A DNA stretch of 64,000 bases from Candidatus Omnitrophota bacterium (GTDB lineage Bacteria; Omnitrophota; Gorgyraeia; Gygaellales; Profunditerraquicolaceae), in contig JBAZTA010000002.1 in assembly GCA_041662125.1 (NCBI GenBank), positions 76,154-140,153 on the forward strand. The letters run 5' to 3'. The notes below the pieces were generated by a model. It did not search any database. It was not told the DNA's origin and saw nothing but the letters and a program-made list of their open reading frames with translations. Position numbers and translations under genes: made by a program. This document shows, in pieces, positions 1 through 15,000 of this stretch; the first letter of the stretch is position 1; each line of letters starts with the position of its first letter.

Positions 1-1
1 C

Positions 2-3000
2 AAGCAAGTTTTGAGTATGGATAGTCAGTATGGTGATTGGGGTTTGTTTTCTTCCCGCATCAAACCGGCAACGCAGAAAATAGAACAATTCTTCGCGTCA
101 TCGCCGCTGGTATCATTAAAAGTCAGAGTTTTTGGTTTAACTGCCGCATTGCTCTGTCTTCCCGCGTTCGTGTTTGCCAGGACTTTTGAAGATGACTATT
201 ATTACCTTGAGGCTTTCCGTAATGTATTCCCTGTGATCTTGGGATTCGTTCAACAGCATTATTTCTTTATCGTCCTTGCCTCAGGGATTGCCTACGCGTA
301 TTTTGTCATATATAAACGCTGGGCAAAAAGCAGAAATAAAGAATTTACCGGGAAAGAACTTGAAGCGATGGCGGATACCGGCCTTAAAGCGGAAAATAGG
401 ACAATACAAGAAACTCTCGCTCCTTTATTGCGCAATTGTGAAAACGTTTTAAATTCCCAACGTATGACCGATGAAAGCGATCTTGATGGTATCTTAAATC
501 CGGCATTTCAAATCAATCAAATAACGCCCTTCTTTGTGAATATGGACAGGCCAGCCAGAGAAGCAACGGCAAAAATCCACGGTTCAATGGGAGAGTCATC
601 CAGGAAAGTCGCGCATAAAATTTACCGCATGCTGCGAAAAGGAATGGTTTCTCCTGATTTAAGGAGGAGCGTTTTTGTTAAATGCGATGAGATAATCCGT
701 ATTGCCCGGCATTCTTTAATATACAGTTACGGTATGCACGAGGGTAGTAATTGCCAGAAAGTGTCAGGATATATCCGTCCGCCGAATAGTTTTTGGGAAA
801 TAACCGCGATCCTTTCAGCGCCGCGCACGCTCTTTGGCCTTACCAGGGAAGGCTGGGTCAGTAGAAAGAAATATAATAAATTGGTCGTTGAGAAGCTCCT
901 GCCTTTGGGGAACACATTGGTTCCTGGTTTATACGATGAGAGCTTGATCAAGGAAAAATTAGAGCGGTACCTTAAATATATTTTCTCAGGGTGGAAGAAA
1001 TCAGAACTTGGCATTGAGATATGGTGGGGGCTTTTTAGCATGTTGCGCAGGTTGTCTACTACCATGTCATTTGCCTGGCTTGTGTATTTAATGATGCAGT
1101 CTCACCCCGCGCAGCTTGATTTATTCAGTTTTTGGAAACCGATCATGATCGCGTTATCGCCTATTTTATTGACTTGGGCAGTCTATCTCATTGCTATTAA
1201 ACTTGATATTTATTACCTATCACGATTGAAACGGTTAGATATATTAGAGCGGAAATTAAAGTCGCTTTCTGGTCAGGAATTCTTGTCCGAAGATCTGCTT
1301 CAAGGAGAGATGCTTTGTGAAGGTTATCGCCGGCTGAATAATGCCTTAGATATTGAGATCAATGGGGTAGAGCCGTCAGCGGACATTCTTTTTATTATGA
1401 CGGGAGATAATCAGGCAAATGCGCAGCGCTTGAGCCGTCATCTTGATGGATCAAAAGGAGTTCTGTGGAGAAAAGACGTTCCGGTCTTTATCGTCTCAAA
1501 TAAAGGCAGGGGCAACGGAATGTGTTTCTTAAAAACGCTGGAGCATCTTGATTTACATGCTCCCGCAGAACAATTCCTGGAAGCGTTGATGCAGGATGAA
1601 GATGCAGTATTATTGAATCCAGATTCTGGAGAGCACGGTTACCGTCATTTACGCGGAAAGAAAACCGGGGATTTAGGTGTATTCGCGTTGATCGCCGACA
1701 ATAAAGACCAGGAGTCAATGCTCAAAGAGCTTCCTTTAAAGGCTTTTGGAGGATTAACCGGCAGTATTAAAACTTTTGAATTACAGTTTTTAAATGGCTA
1801 TATTGCCTTGCGCGGGCTCAAAGAGGCAAAGAAAGAAAACCCTGGTGACAAGGATGTTTTTAACGGCGGCCTGGCGGTTTTTTGCGCGGATAGGATATAT
1901 ATCGGCCCCTTGGATTACTCAGGAGAAATTACCTTAGGCGGGGCGCTAACTTCTTATATCCAAATGAAAGTCCAGGAATTAGGCTTGTTTTTAGTTCACG
2001 GCGTTGGGGATATTGTTAAATACTTCGTGAAATTCTCTCACGATAAATTAGGCAACTACGTTGTGCGTGAAGCGGTGGGGTATATGTATGAGCTGGAGAA
2101 CCTTAAGAAACAGCAGATGCTTGCTTTTACGGGGAGCATTCTTATCGGTTTTAGAAACCCTGAAAAGATAAATACGTTGGTCAGGCTGCAGCGTGAATTA
2201 CAGAAATTTGTGATCATCCCGTATCTGCAGAAAAAACGTGTTATTCCGGAAATCAGGCTGCAGCAGGATATTTTAGTGCCGTTGATAATGACGTATCATG
2301 AGGAAGATATTTTTACCTATTTGTCCGCCCGAAAGAACCGTTTCCTGCCAATGAAACATAGAAAGTTTTACGAAAAGTGGTTTACTCATATCGAATTATA
2401 CTTTAAAACAAAGGCTCCGCTTGCTTTCCAGGTAAGCGCTCCTTATCCGAAGACTTCGGTGTACATTAAGAATACTCCTGATGAAATAAAGAATACTATT
2501 TTAAAAGATCTGCTTTTAGAGGAACAATCGTTGTATTTTCGCCAGGAAGCAGCCTCATATGAACAATTGCGGCGTTTGAATGATTGTGCCCTCGATAAAG
2601 CAGCAGCGGCAAGCCCGATGGATGTAAAAGAAATTTCTTTGGATGCCCGCAACCAAAAGATGCTTAATAAGCTCTGTGATGTCTGGATAACAGCAGTGAG
2701 AGGTTTTAAAGAAGGCCTGGAATCCAAGGCCTTAGTGGATCAATCTGAATATGATGATTTCTCCGCTTATATGAAATCAAGCGCTCAGACGATCAGTTCG
2801 TTCAGGTATGAGAATCCTAATATTGCCATGAGGGTTATCTTTCATACATTTTCCTGCGGTGATCCCTATCCGGAAGTTGATTTAGGGACGGCGTTTCAAA
2901 GCTTATCCCTTATCATTAAATTCGGCGTGAAAGAATCTCGCGATTTAGTTAAACCTTTGGAAGACCTGATAGGGATCATCGAAATCTTAAGGGGTACTAT

Positions 3001-6000
3001 TTATCAAACTAAAATACCGGTAGTTGCGCTTGCTCTTGATGGGATCCCGTCCTTATTTATACGTAAAGATGCTTTATTTAAGAATAAATCATCGTCAGCA
3101 ATATCGGTTCTTTACGCGCAAAAAGATATTTATGATTTAGTAGGTTCGTTTAAATGTTTAAATAGTATCATTGCCGGGGGCGGCGGTGATACCAAAGGGG
3201 TGATTGGCAATGTCTTTCCTTTAAAGGCGGCTTTTTCGATCCCTCAAGCTGCCGATTCCTATATATATTTCCCTAATGTGAAATATATGCTTGAGCATAT
3301 CTTCTTTGGGCCTGCTCCGACAAAATATTTCAAGTCTTTAATTGACGGTAAATTACAGTTGTTGAGCAACTGGAGAGATTCGAAATTTATTTTTGAGATC
3401 GGCCCTGAACTTACTCTTTCAGTGCCTTTGAAGAAGCGCAGGAATAAACCGGGTTATGTTGAGGTCAAGGGCCAGCCTGTTTTCGTAAACAGCCAATGGG
3501 GCGAAGGAAAAGTCGTGCGTACGTTGTCAAAAGACAATATACAGCTTTTACTGATGGATATATTGCCGGATTGGTATACGCTTGCTGACGATGCATCGAG
3601 AGTGTTTGATAAAGATTCATTAATTATTATAGGCGATATGGGGGGCGATATCCTTGCCCGTTACCCCGGCCCTATAGAGGATCATAAACATGCAGAGCGG
3701 TTTATGATCTCTGGGGTCACTGACCTCTGCCGCCTTCTCTTGGGCGCTGAATTGCAGCGGCGAGGATATACCGTTTTTGTCGCGATCTCTGCATTAGGCG
3801 GTGATTGTGAACTCAAGCGGACCGTTTCGATCTATCTTACTGAGCTTATGGAACTGGGATTTGTCAGGGCGTTGATCGATAATGTCGCGTATTACCGTAA
3901 CCATGACAGCCTTTTGCAGCGGATCAGAAAATTAGCTATTCCGGGTGAGGTCTCTCCGAATTTCTTCGAACGTATTTCAGCTTTCGCTAAAGGAGAACAG
4001 CCCTATTATGCCAAAGGTATTTCTCCGGAGAATTTATGTTTATGCGAGCCAGACCGCAGGATCAGATGTAAACCGATGCGGGGAGGATTAGATATGGAAG
4101 AAGCCCTTCCGGGCCTCTATCCTTATACGATCCTAATATATCCTTTAGATCTCATAAGTTTTATTGAAGATAAAGAATTAACCGGAAAAAGGTTAGGTTG
4201 GTGGGCTATCAATGATTACCTTGCGAACACCTTAGGATATGTGACGGAAGTGTATGGTTCAAAGATCAACGTTGAGACCGGTTCTTTGCATCGTATATTC
4301 GAAATTTATACTGCAAAGGGTAAAATAAAAGATAATGGGCAGGAGCTTCTGGCAATGGTGCTCAGCCAGGATTTCGGGATTAAGATCAGGCTTGCCGTTG
4401 CCATGGCGTTAGGCAGGAAGTTTAATAAAGTTACCGGCCCGGAGATAATAAAATTGCTTTATACCGAAGAATCAAATCCCTATGTCGTCAGTCAGATCGC
4501 TGAAGTCCTTGGAGTTATTCGTTATCGGCCGGCCCTGGCGCTTTTAGAAGCTTTGAAACGAAAGCCTAAGTCGTTCGGCGTTTGGCCATTCTTTCCGGGC
4601 AGTTTTTATCAGCATGCCGTTTCTACGATCAAAGAAAAAGCAAAAGTAGCGCTTGAGCTTATAGAAAAGGACGCCGCTTCTGCCGCATCGCCGGTCGTCT
4701 GCGGTGATTTCGGCAGCGTGTTGACGCAAAAGCAAATAGTGTCTCTTTTAGCGTCAAATGTGTTTGTTAATAAGAATCTTTTGAGAGTTTCAAACGTAAA
4801 AGTGGTTAAAATATATTCTCAAGCAAAAACTGCTCCCGAAGAGTTGGAATCCCAGTGCCCTGTTTTGGTCAACAGCGTGGCAAATGTTGTTTTATCGGTT
4901 TTGCCGTATCTATCTAAAAACCAGTTTGATCTCAATCAAATAAGAGCAAATGAGCATGCGGCCTTCCTCATGTTTGATGCTTTAGAGCAGTTTTTCCAGC
5001 AACACCTTCATTATTCAGGGATAGTTACTATTGGGGAAAAGCAGCGTTACGGCGTTCCGGGTTTAGTAGCCGCGGGTAAAAAGTTCGGAAGAGGGCCGGT
5101 AAAGGTCGAAATTGCTACGGATGTGATTGAAAGTTCTCAAAATATCACTGAACATAGCAAGAAAAACGCCTCTAATATGGCGACAGTTTTGGGAATAGGG
5201 GCAAAAGGCGATTTTATCGGCCTACCGGATGAATTGTATCTCAATAAAATAGCCGTTGGCAGCGCGGCGGCAGGGAAAGGTTTTTCGCCTCATTTAAACC
5301 AATCGGTTCGGGAAACGCTTGAAGCGTTATCTGCTGCTTTAGGAAAAAGCATTCATGAATTACGTGTCGCTCTTTTATTGCGGGACAGGCATGAAGAGTT
5401 AATCCATGAATTGATCGACGCAGGTATCAGTGTGGAGACAGAGGATCTGGCGGTTATGAAACAGGAAATTGCGCAAAAAGGAATATATAAAAACGGGAAT
5501 ATATATTTACTCACCCGAGGTGATTTTCTGCCTTTTGTCGGCCTTTACGCGGATACGTTAGATTGTATTTTAGGTGTTGGAAAGCCGACGGAAGGAGAGA
5601 TTACCTTTCATGTTACGCAGATGCTGGGCGGTCAGATGTGCTACCGCTTGGCCAGTTATGATGCTTTAAAGAATGGGGAGAATGATATTGTGCTCATCCG
5701 GGATGAGAATAATTTTAGTGAAAGAGAGATCGGTGTATTGCGCAATAGCGCTTTAACGGGCATGAGCAAGGATGCATTAAAGAAAAAGGCATACAGTGAG
5801 ATTTCTACCCATCCGCGGCTTCGTGATGCCGGGATCGCTATAGCATTCGTAAAAGATAATTATTGGGATAGAGATATTAAGGGCATTAAGGTCGATCTTG
5901 AAACGGGGGAGGTAACGGTCGATGTTTTTTGGGCAGGAGTTTCAGGGGATGCCAAGATCTTTAGGATAACATATGAATCTATGATTTCAGGAATTAAGGA

Positions 6001-9000
6001 TAAATTATTGTTTGAGCAAGATATTCAACAGAAGGCAAAATTGTATGCCGAGCTTGCCGGCTGTTATGCGGGATTCGGGCTTTTTAGAAAAGCCAAAGAC
6101 GCGATGATGGAATCTCTCAGTTTGACTCCTGAACAAAAAATGAGGAGCAGGTATCTTTCGGAGTATGCTCATTTCGAAGTACATCGCAGCCTCGTAGAAG
6201 AGCAAAAGAAATTTGCCGTCGCTAATGGGATCATGCATCTTTTACAGGCGATCACTTCCTGGGAGAACAACCTGGGGGCGCGCAGTCTTTTGAGAAGGCT
6301 TTGTAACTTCCTCGCTGATTCATATAGGATCAAAGCAGAGGCTCTTGAGAAGGTGCAGCAGCAAGATGGCGTTGAGAGGGCCAAGATGATCAGGGAAAAG
6401 TATGTTCTTGCGGAAACAAGCTATCGGGGAAGCATAAAATATTTCCCTCCCCAGGTAAAAATAGACGATGAATCTTTTAAACGCTCTGTGTCCCGGTTAA
6501 AAACAAGGTCAGAAGCTTTGGAATTAGAACGTCAGAGGCTGGAGTTTCAACTGGTAAGCTTGCAATTAAAGATCACGCAGTTGAAGCTGCATCAAGAGCA
6601 TACGCAGGGTTATTATGTGACGATAGGAGGCTTGTATGAAGAGATAGCTAAATTGTATAGCGCGTATGGGTTTCATCATCGGGCAGAAGTTTATTTAAGA
6701 AGGGCATTGAGATCGTATGAGGCCGTAAGCCAGCATTTTGGCGGGATACTGCCTACTGAAACCGTCAGAAGTATGGCTGATATCTATGTGGTGGAATATA
6801 TGTTTGAAGCCGCGCTTAAGATATACGCGCGTTTGCTGGATCCGAAGTCGGCATTTGCGGTTTTTTCTCCCAGACACGATGATTTACAGATAAGAGAAGA
6901 TTTCTATAAAGGGAAATATCTCCATGATTTTGAATCGGTCTTGCCGCACTATATTCAATGTTCGATGTTGCTTGCCAATGAGCCTGCCGAGGCGATAGCA
7001 GCGATGGAAGCAAAGACTAATGCGTGGTTGTTGTTTGCCGGTGAAGATATAAAAAGATGGGCAAAAGAAAGCCGCCTCTACGCGGATACTGAGGGCGTCT
7101 TATGGGTTAAAGAAGCGGATGCGGCAGCGCGGTTACTGGATGTTATCGTGCGTTATCAAAAAACGGGCAGTTCGTCTTCTGCGTTAGGCTTGTCTCAGGA
7201 AGTAAATAGTGTTGACGCTTTTTCTGGCCTTGCTCGAGGAAAGAAAGATGATCTGCGCCTGGGGCCTGAAGAACGCTGGTTGCTGCGCTGGATGAGTTCC
7301 TTTGATAAAGATGTTCTTGTTTCGCTTGTTGCAGAAGCTTCCCGGCAGGATATCCTGACCGCAGGGCAGCAAAAAGTTTTATTATGCGCTCTTGAAAAAG
7401 AGGCCGTATCTCCGCGCGCATTAGCTGTAGTGCTGGGGAAAGACCCATCTTCGGTCTCCCGGGGCTTAGTCGGCAGAAAAGATGCTGCTTTTGAAAAAGA
7501 AGGGGCGTATACAGGGATATGGGATCGTATCCCTGAACAGGATAAGGAGCACATTCTCGCAAATTTGTATGAAAAAATTGCGTTTCAGCCTTTGGTTTAT
7601 GCTTTAACCCCTTTTGCATTTGTCGAACCAAGGATTATCAGCGTTATAGAATATTTCATTTTTCTGGCGTTATCGCAAGGGGAATTTGAGGAACTTGCGG
7701 CTAACCTGACAGGATACCTGTATGTTTTTGAGAAGAATGGTCGATTTACTCTATCCGCTGTGGCGCAGGAATTGAAAATGAGCCGGGGTAATCTTCAGAA
7801 ATTTTTGCGGCGTCCAGTAAGAATTGAAGAATTACGGACTGTTCTTGATAAATCTCTCTATAATGCGTGGCTCCAAGCTTTGACGAACCACTATGCTCCT
7901 GTGAGCCTGAAAGTTTTATGCGGGCAGTTCTCGGATGAGCAGATAACAGGTATTGTTGTCAGGGCGGGAAAAGAATTCTTAAACGAATTGCTTGCAAAGA
8001 GAGAGCAAGAATACATTGCCAAAAAAGGAGAGGCTCGAGAAATGAAGGATATGTCAGCTGAGGACTTGAAATGTCTTATTACGGCAAGGCTGCTTGAAAA
8101 TACTGCATATAAAAAACTAGCGCAACGTTTTGGCGTGGCAGAAATAACTATTTTGAGATTTTTTGAAGGGCGTATTGAAGATCCCCGTAGCATTGAAGGG
8201 GCGATACCGCGGTTACATGCCTGGTTAATACAGAGGGAAGAAGTTACTGATGGTAAGAATAACGATCGGGTATTGCCTTCGCAAGATGATATCCCTCAAA
8301 CAAAGGTTGTTTTAGGCGAACTAACGGTTTTAGATGATGATACAAGGCAGGAAAATGACTTGCCTGTGGCGAGCGAAGAAGAGAGCGTTCGGCAAAACGA
8401 AAATGAGGGAGATCCATTGAAGCATATTCAGGACATACTTGAGCGGCTTGTATGGCTGCGGCAGCCGATGTTCCTCTCGTATCGTGAAAAGAGAGGATTT
8501 ATTGACCAGGAATTGGCAGGTATTGGGCGTTCAATACTGTGGATAATCCAAAATTTTCCGCAAACAACTCAAGAAGCTTCGTTTAAGCCTTTATGGAAAA
8601 AGGTCATCCAGGAGTTATACATTTTTAAAGATAAAGGGCTTGGTTACTCTTTACCTAATCTGGTCGCGCCTATTTTAAGCAGGAACAATAATAAGGCGAG
8701 CAGTTCTGTTTTGACGGTTTCTTCTGTGGGGCAGTTTCAGGAGAATAACGGCGCGCATAAAGCGCTTGCCGAATCTCTGCAAATCACTAAGAGATTTTAT
8801 GAATATGCTGGTTATTCCCTCTGGCACAAAACCGAGCAGCGTTTTGAAGATCGTCTTGTTGTAAATGTGGCTTATGGTTCGTCTCGCAACAGCCTTCTGC
8901 CGTCAAATAATTGCGATTTCCGTAAGCCAATCGCCGAAGATGTTATTTTGACCACAACTCGATGCGCGAACTGTATGGGAATAATAGGAGCAGGCTGGGG

Positions 9001-12000
9001 CAATAATAGGCTTTGTGGTTTTATACGCCACCAGCATCTTTATTCTCCGTTAGAGAAATCTTACCTGCCCCCTGAGGATGACAGCGTGTATGCTTTGAGC
9101 AAATTAGAAAGAATAAAAATATATTTATCTAAAATGGCCTCGAATGGAAAGATGCGTTTAGTGTTTTCATACCGCCAGGATGTGCAGAAGTATGTGGCAA
9201 TGATCCGCGATAGTTTGCTTGCGGCATATCATAACTTTGATTTACGGTTATTATTGATCGATCGTCAAATAGGCTGGGATATGGATTCCAATATCATTGC
9301 AACGGTTGATGGTATAGGGGTGCGCAGCTGGAGCATGCAAGGCCAGGAGCGCGGCCTGGTGGTCCCGTGGGATGAAATGGATTTATTGCTTGATCAATAT
9401 GCGTATGCCGTGGTCGATATGCGAGGGCAAGTGCTTGCTGCTAAAAAAGTATCGTCACCTCTTCTTGATTCGAAAGTTGAAACTAAGATGCAGAAGAGCA
9501 AGAAGTCATGGCATGATGCTGTTTTTGGCAGGAAAAAGCTTTACGTTTTCTTATCTGCTATTTTATCCCTCGCCGTTATTACGGCATATTTTCAACCTAT
9601 TATTCGCAGTAAATCATTCCAGGAAAAAACCCAAATACAGAATACAAAAACCTACCAAGGCTTCGATGTATATCAGTGGATTGAAAAATTAGCCAATGGC
9701 AATTCACAGGAAAAAGAATGGGCGCCGTACGCCATCAGTAAGACCTATGGACAAGAGTCTTTGGGGTTGCTGGTGAAAATGCTGCGGCAGAAAGATCTGT
9801 CTGATGATACTCTTGAGCGGGTTTCGCGCGTATTCTTCCTGGTCGGGCCTGATTCTATTCATATTCTGCTTAAAGAAGCTGCAAAGAAAGATCCGCGTAT
9901 GCGCGCATATGCTTATCGCATTATTGGGGCTATCGGTAAATACGGGTATCCTGAATTATTCCGGCATCTACAGGATTACCGATTAAAACCCCATGCTCTC
10001 CGAATGCTCTTGTTGATTGGCCAGCAAGAAGGGTTTACGCGTCAAGAGCTCAAGAAAGCAATTAAGGTGATCACGCATATACAAAAGAAGAATGTTTATC
10101 CGCAAGCAGTAGTTCTTTGTCTTATTAAATCCTATACGGATGATCCATCGATGATTCCGGTTATTGATAAAATTCTTAAGAAAGACATTGTTTTCCTTTC
10201 TGCGCTTCGATTAGCCTTCACTCAGCAGGATAGGGGCGCTTTTGAGTATTTGTTAAGATCCTGGAACCGTACGAATAGTGCCCGTAATCACTTTATATTT
10301 GTTGTTTTAGAAGAAAAACGCGCATTTTCAGTCCCATTCTTGGAAGCCAAACTCAACGAATATTTGCTGAACAAGCCAATTGATGCCCAGAAAGAAGAAT
10401 ATATGCTGCTTTTAGAAAAACTCGATCCGGGCGCGCATTTTAATTTTGAGCTTAAGGAAAAAGCCAAATTAACAGAAGATACGATAAAGAGGTTCTTGCG
10501 GAATATTTTCGCGCCTTCTTCCTCGCCTGTTCAGGCGGCTGAAGAAAATTCATTGAAAAAAGATTTGGGAGGAACAAGAGATTTCGCAACTGCCGTTGGG
10601 ATGATCAAGCATGAGGACAATCATCGCGCTGAAGAGTATTTGCATAAATTGCTGGAGATGGTGAGAATAAACAAATGTTTAACCTCGGAAGAACAGGCTC
10701 TCGTCAAAGATATTATTGAGAGTCCGCATGTCTTGAAAATGCTGCTTGATAGTAATAATGCCCGCTGGCTTGAGAAAAGTGCGATCAGAGGGAAACCGGA
10801 AAGTAAAGCGATCGTAGGGCTGCTCGACCGGCAAGATAACAGAGTCATCATTGCTTTAGATAAAATGTTAAGGCCGCAGAAGGATGGAGGCATCCAAGAG
10901 GGCTCTGTGCTTTTACGCAAAAGCATTTTTAAATTCATTCTTGCTGTTGCTTTTGACGGCAGTCAGCATATCCGTTACGTTGAAAGGAAAGCTTTGCCGC
11001 TGTATTATAAACAAATTAAAGCGCTCGGGCATATTGTCATTCTTGGACAGGTGCCGCAAAGCGGGGAATTAAAGATAGGCAGGAAATGGGCAAGGCTTGA
11101 TGCGTCCCTGTATGGGTTATCGAACTATTTATTAGAAATGAATAACGGTATCCCGGTAAGAATGTTTTTCTTTAAGACCCATACCGCTCTTGAATTTCTC
11201 CCGGCCGTCAATAATAAAACCGGTGGTATTGAAGTAGTTCATATGGGGCAGATATTCCGGGAAGTATTTAAAAAATTATCTGATGTTACCCTGCTGACAT
11301 ATTTAGGAAGCCTGGGAGACTTAAGTATAGGGGGCGGACGCCCGCACAGCGATGGGACGGGGTATGAACCTTCCTGGTCGCGATTTTATTATCATCCTTA
11401 TGAAAAAGTAGAAGTATTGGTAAAAGACGGTTTAGTCTGGAGGCTTACTTCTTTGGAGAGTGATCTGGACCGCGCGTATCTGAGGATCATGCATGTGCCG
11501 ACGAAGCGCATTACAACAACGGCCATAAAATTAAGCCATAAAGATGTATCCCGCCTCAGTGATGAGTATCAGATCCATAATTATCCTTTGGATCAAGCGG
11601 GAAAATTAAATATTGATTCCCAGACGGTAATGAATTTCGGGAAAAGCCGCGCTTTCCATCGGCTTACGATATATGACATCCGCAAGAATAAAAACGGAAA
11701 AGTCTTTGCGGTGGCGGCAAAGACTTTGTCAGGTGTTGATAAAAGGCTTTATATCATTTACGCGCTGCCGGATTATCCTTTCAGGTTCAATAGTGAGCAG
11801 ATCTTAGCTGTCTTTAAGATGCACCTTGCTGGAGTCCTTGAGGCGTTGCCGTTCAATGCTTTTGTCCTGGAAACGATAATCCACAAAGATCAACGTTTGA
11901 GCGTGGGAGAGTATCTGTGGCGTTTAAAACATATTGCGAACAGTATTCCCGTAAACTTAGCCCATGCAGTTGCCAGGATGATGTATGTGGCAGGAAAACC

Positions 12001-15000
12001 TGCTTTTGTGTTTCTCTGCGGCAAAGAAGGCCGGGATATTACTGATAGAAAAGGTGCCCAGGTGATCCTGGATGTACGAGCAGGATTGGGCAAAGAAGTG
12101 CAGGCTGTTGCCTTGCCCGAGGTAAGCAGATTTCTGGAAACCAGTAATGAGTTGGCTGTTCCTTTTAAGGGAGAACGGGCGAATGCCTTCGCTGAATTTG
12201 AAGAATTTATACAGGAAGAAACAGAAATTTTAAAAGAAAAGATTAAAACGTTTATCTGGGGTAAAAAAACAAACAAGATCAACAAAGAGGTCGTTTGGTT
12301 TCAGCATCGGATGTATAAGATCGCGACGATGCTTATTAATCATTTTGATAAATCAGGGTCGGTACTGGTTCAGTTGTTCCTGGACCAGTATGTCCCGGCG
12401 GATAAAGAGCAGGGCGGGTTAGAAGAAGCTATGCGGCAGTTTGGTTTAACCCATTGGATAATTAGATTTGATAATGGTTCTCAGAGGCCAACGTATGTTA
12501 CCCATGCGTTACGGCATCAGGTGAAGGAGTATAGCGAAGAAATAATAAGTTTTTGCAGGAGGAATTTGAAAGCGTATATGCCGCCTATTGGTGTTCCGCA
12601 GGCCCGCAATAATATTCTAACTTCAGAGGATCAAGCGTTCTTAAAGCATTTAGGGGTGGTTAATAATCAATCCAGGGGAAGTAATCCACCCGCAGCTGCT
12701 CGCGCGTCTTCGGCTGTTTCCGTTACTGCCGTGAACTTTCCATTATGCGGATACGTTGAGGAAGGCAGGATTTTGGCGGAAAAACGCCGTAGGGATATCG
12801 TCAACCCCCTGACTGCCGCACTTGACCTCTTAGAAAAAAGAAAAGTCTGGGGTAATCTTTTGCCGGCAGGGGCTAAGTTTAATTTTACCTACGCGTTTTC
12901 CAGAGAAAGCGATATTTTTGCCTTAAGCGCGCAATTCAAGAATGTGATAGTTTTGCCTTTAGAGGAACGCCATAATGCCAGCTTACTTTCATTTATTATT
13001 CGTCATTTTATTCACGGGAAATTCATCCGTGAGGAAATCTCTCTTGATGATAAAAAATCAAAAGTATATCGAGGAGACTTGATTTTTCTGTTGAAACTTC
13101 CTGATCAGGAGCGCGAAAATATCATGGCTTCTTTGCGGCGCTATGATTACCCGAATATGGATAGCTTTTTAGAATTAAAGGATGCTTTGGAACAAGAAGA
13201 CCTTTTACGGTTATTCGCGCTTGTATATAACGGGGGAGATATAAAGAATGGATGTGCTTTATCTATTGGTAGGAAGTTTCAGGCGCGTATATTTCAGTCG
13301 GTCATCCCGAAACTGACCAAACTTGGTGTTTCAAGGGGGAGGGTGTTGAGCCTTATCCTGGGCCTGGCGCGTGTGGCTCAGACAACTGAAGAATTCTGGA
13401 TGCTTTTAGAAGGGTTAGCCTCGATCCCCGATTGGGTAATATGTATCCCTGAAGGGAAAAAAGCTGACTTGGGTGTCTTTGTTACAAAAATGGACCAGCT
13501 GCTTTCAGAAGGAATATGGGCAATTCATTATAATCAAGCGGTATGTTGTAAAACACTCGTTGATTCGGTAAAGGAAACCCTCGAACATTTTTGGGAATTC
13601 AAAGATTTTCAGGATGAAGCGCCTAATTATCATGCAAAGAGCCGGGAGAACTATTACGCAGACCACCTGTGTATGTTAAAAGGGTTCTTGGGCCAGATTT
13701 CCGGGGTGCATAAGTTTACTTTTGTATTTAAGGATACCATTGATGTGCTTTATTTTAAGGACCATCCTTTAGGCTTGGAAGCAGTGAACCCTGTGTATAT
13801 CGCCTGCGGCGATAAAAAAGAATGCGACGGACAGGGATGCGGCTGTAAAACGATATTTGAATTTAAATATTCAGCCCGTATGGAACATCTTGCCCGGCAA
13901 ATAACCGGTTATAAGACGAGAGTTTCAGTTTTTGGGCTGATCAGCAGCGCGCAGGAAAAGTTTATGAGACAGGAGAAATTAACCAGGGATGAAGAGATAT
14001 TAAGGCAGATTAAGAATATCGTATTTTTTGCTGAGTATGACGGAGGCGGGTTGATTGCAAAACTTAATCATTTTGTTAGGCAGTATTATCACAAACGAGA
14101 CCCGTTCAAAGATAATAAGCGCTTGTGCGAGCGTAAATCCTGGAATGAGGGCGGCTTTACCGTCCGTTTCACCTTGGGAGAATTTAAGATGTTCCTTAAA
14201 GAAAATGAAGTGCCTGCTTCTCATTTGAACTGGGCTTTTGACCGGCTCGGACAGCATTATCGTAATAAAGGATTTGATGTTTATATCAGTATCAGTAACC
14301 CCAAAGGGAATGAAGAAGAGAATGCTTCTTGCAAGGAAAATATCTCTCGGCGCAGGACAAGCTCGCCAATAAGTAACCAGGGGACTAACGAGCAATCAGT
14401 TTCGCTGAAAAAGGAGCCAATAACCGTTAAGTACGGAGAAAGGATATTAGTAGGACGCATGTGGCGAAGGGTGGTTACGCTGCGTTTTGGCCATGGCCGC
14501 GTAGGGCTCTTGGATGATATCTTGCAGGCTATCGGTGATAAAACTTTTGTGGGGTGGTTAGAATATTTGCATAATAAGCGGCCGAAAGAATTAAGTGTTT
14601 CATTGGAGACGGTAGAAAAAGATACTATGCGCGCGATCATTAAGGAGTTAAAGCGCGTTGAAGATTGGCAGGACGCCCAGCAAGACAGCCTGCCGCGGCA
14701 AAACTGGCTGATGAGGTTTACTATCCCGCATCAACCCGCGCAATTGTTGCGGATCACCCGGTTGCTTCGGGAGAGGGGCATTAATATCCAATCATTTATG
14801 ACGCCCACCTTTTCCCAATATCACCAGAATATGCGTTTTATTATGCAGTTAGGGATCCCTGGAAACTGCCCTTCTGACGTAGAGTCTGTTGTCCAAGAAC
14901 TCAAGAAACATCTTAGTGATATCCCCGATTTATCGATGCATCAGGCTGAACTGGTCGACTGGCTGGTGGAATATTTAACTAAAAAAATACCGGTTAATTT

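Noticed and set aside
9372-9692. Short + strand ORFs in the other two phases (9372-9692, 9804-9986, 10884-11072, 25008-25199, 42385-42699, 46602-46859, 53592-53801 and others).
   Set aside because: They are out-of-phase overlaps of the giant ORF. They are 60-106 aa with no domain signatures. Their existence only in phases 0 and 1 is itself evidence that phase 2 is the coding frame.
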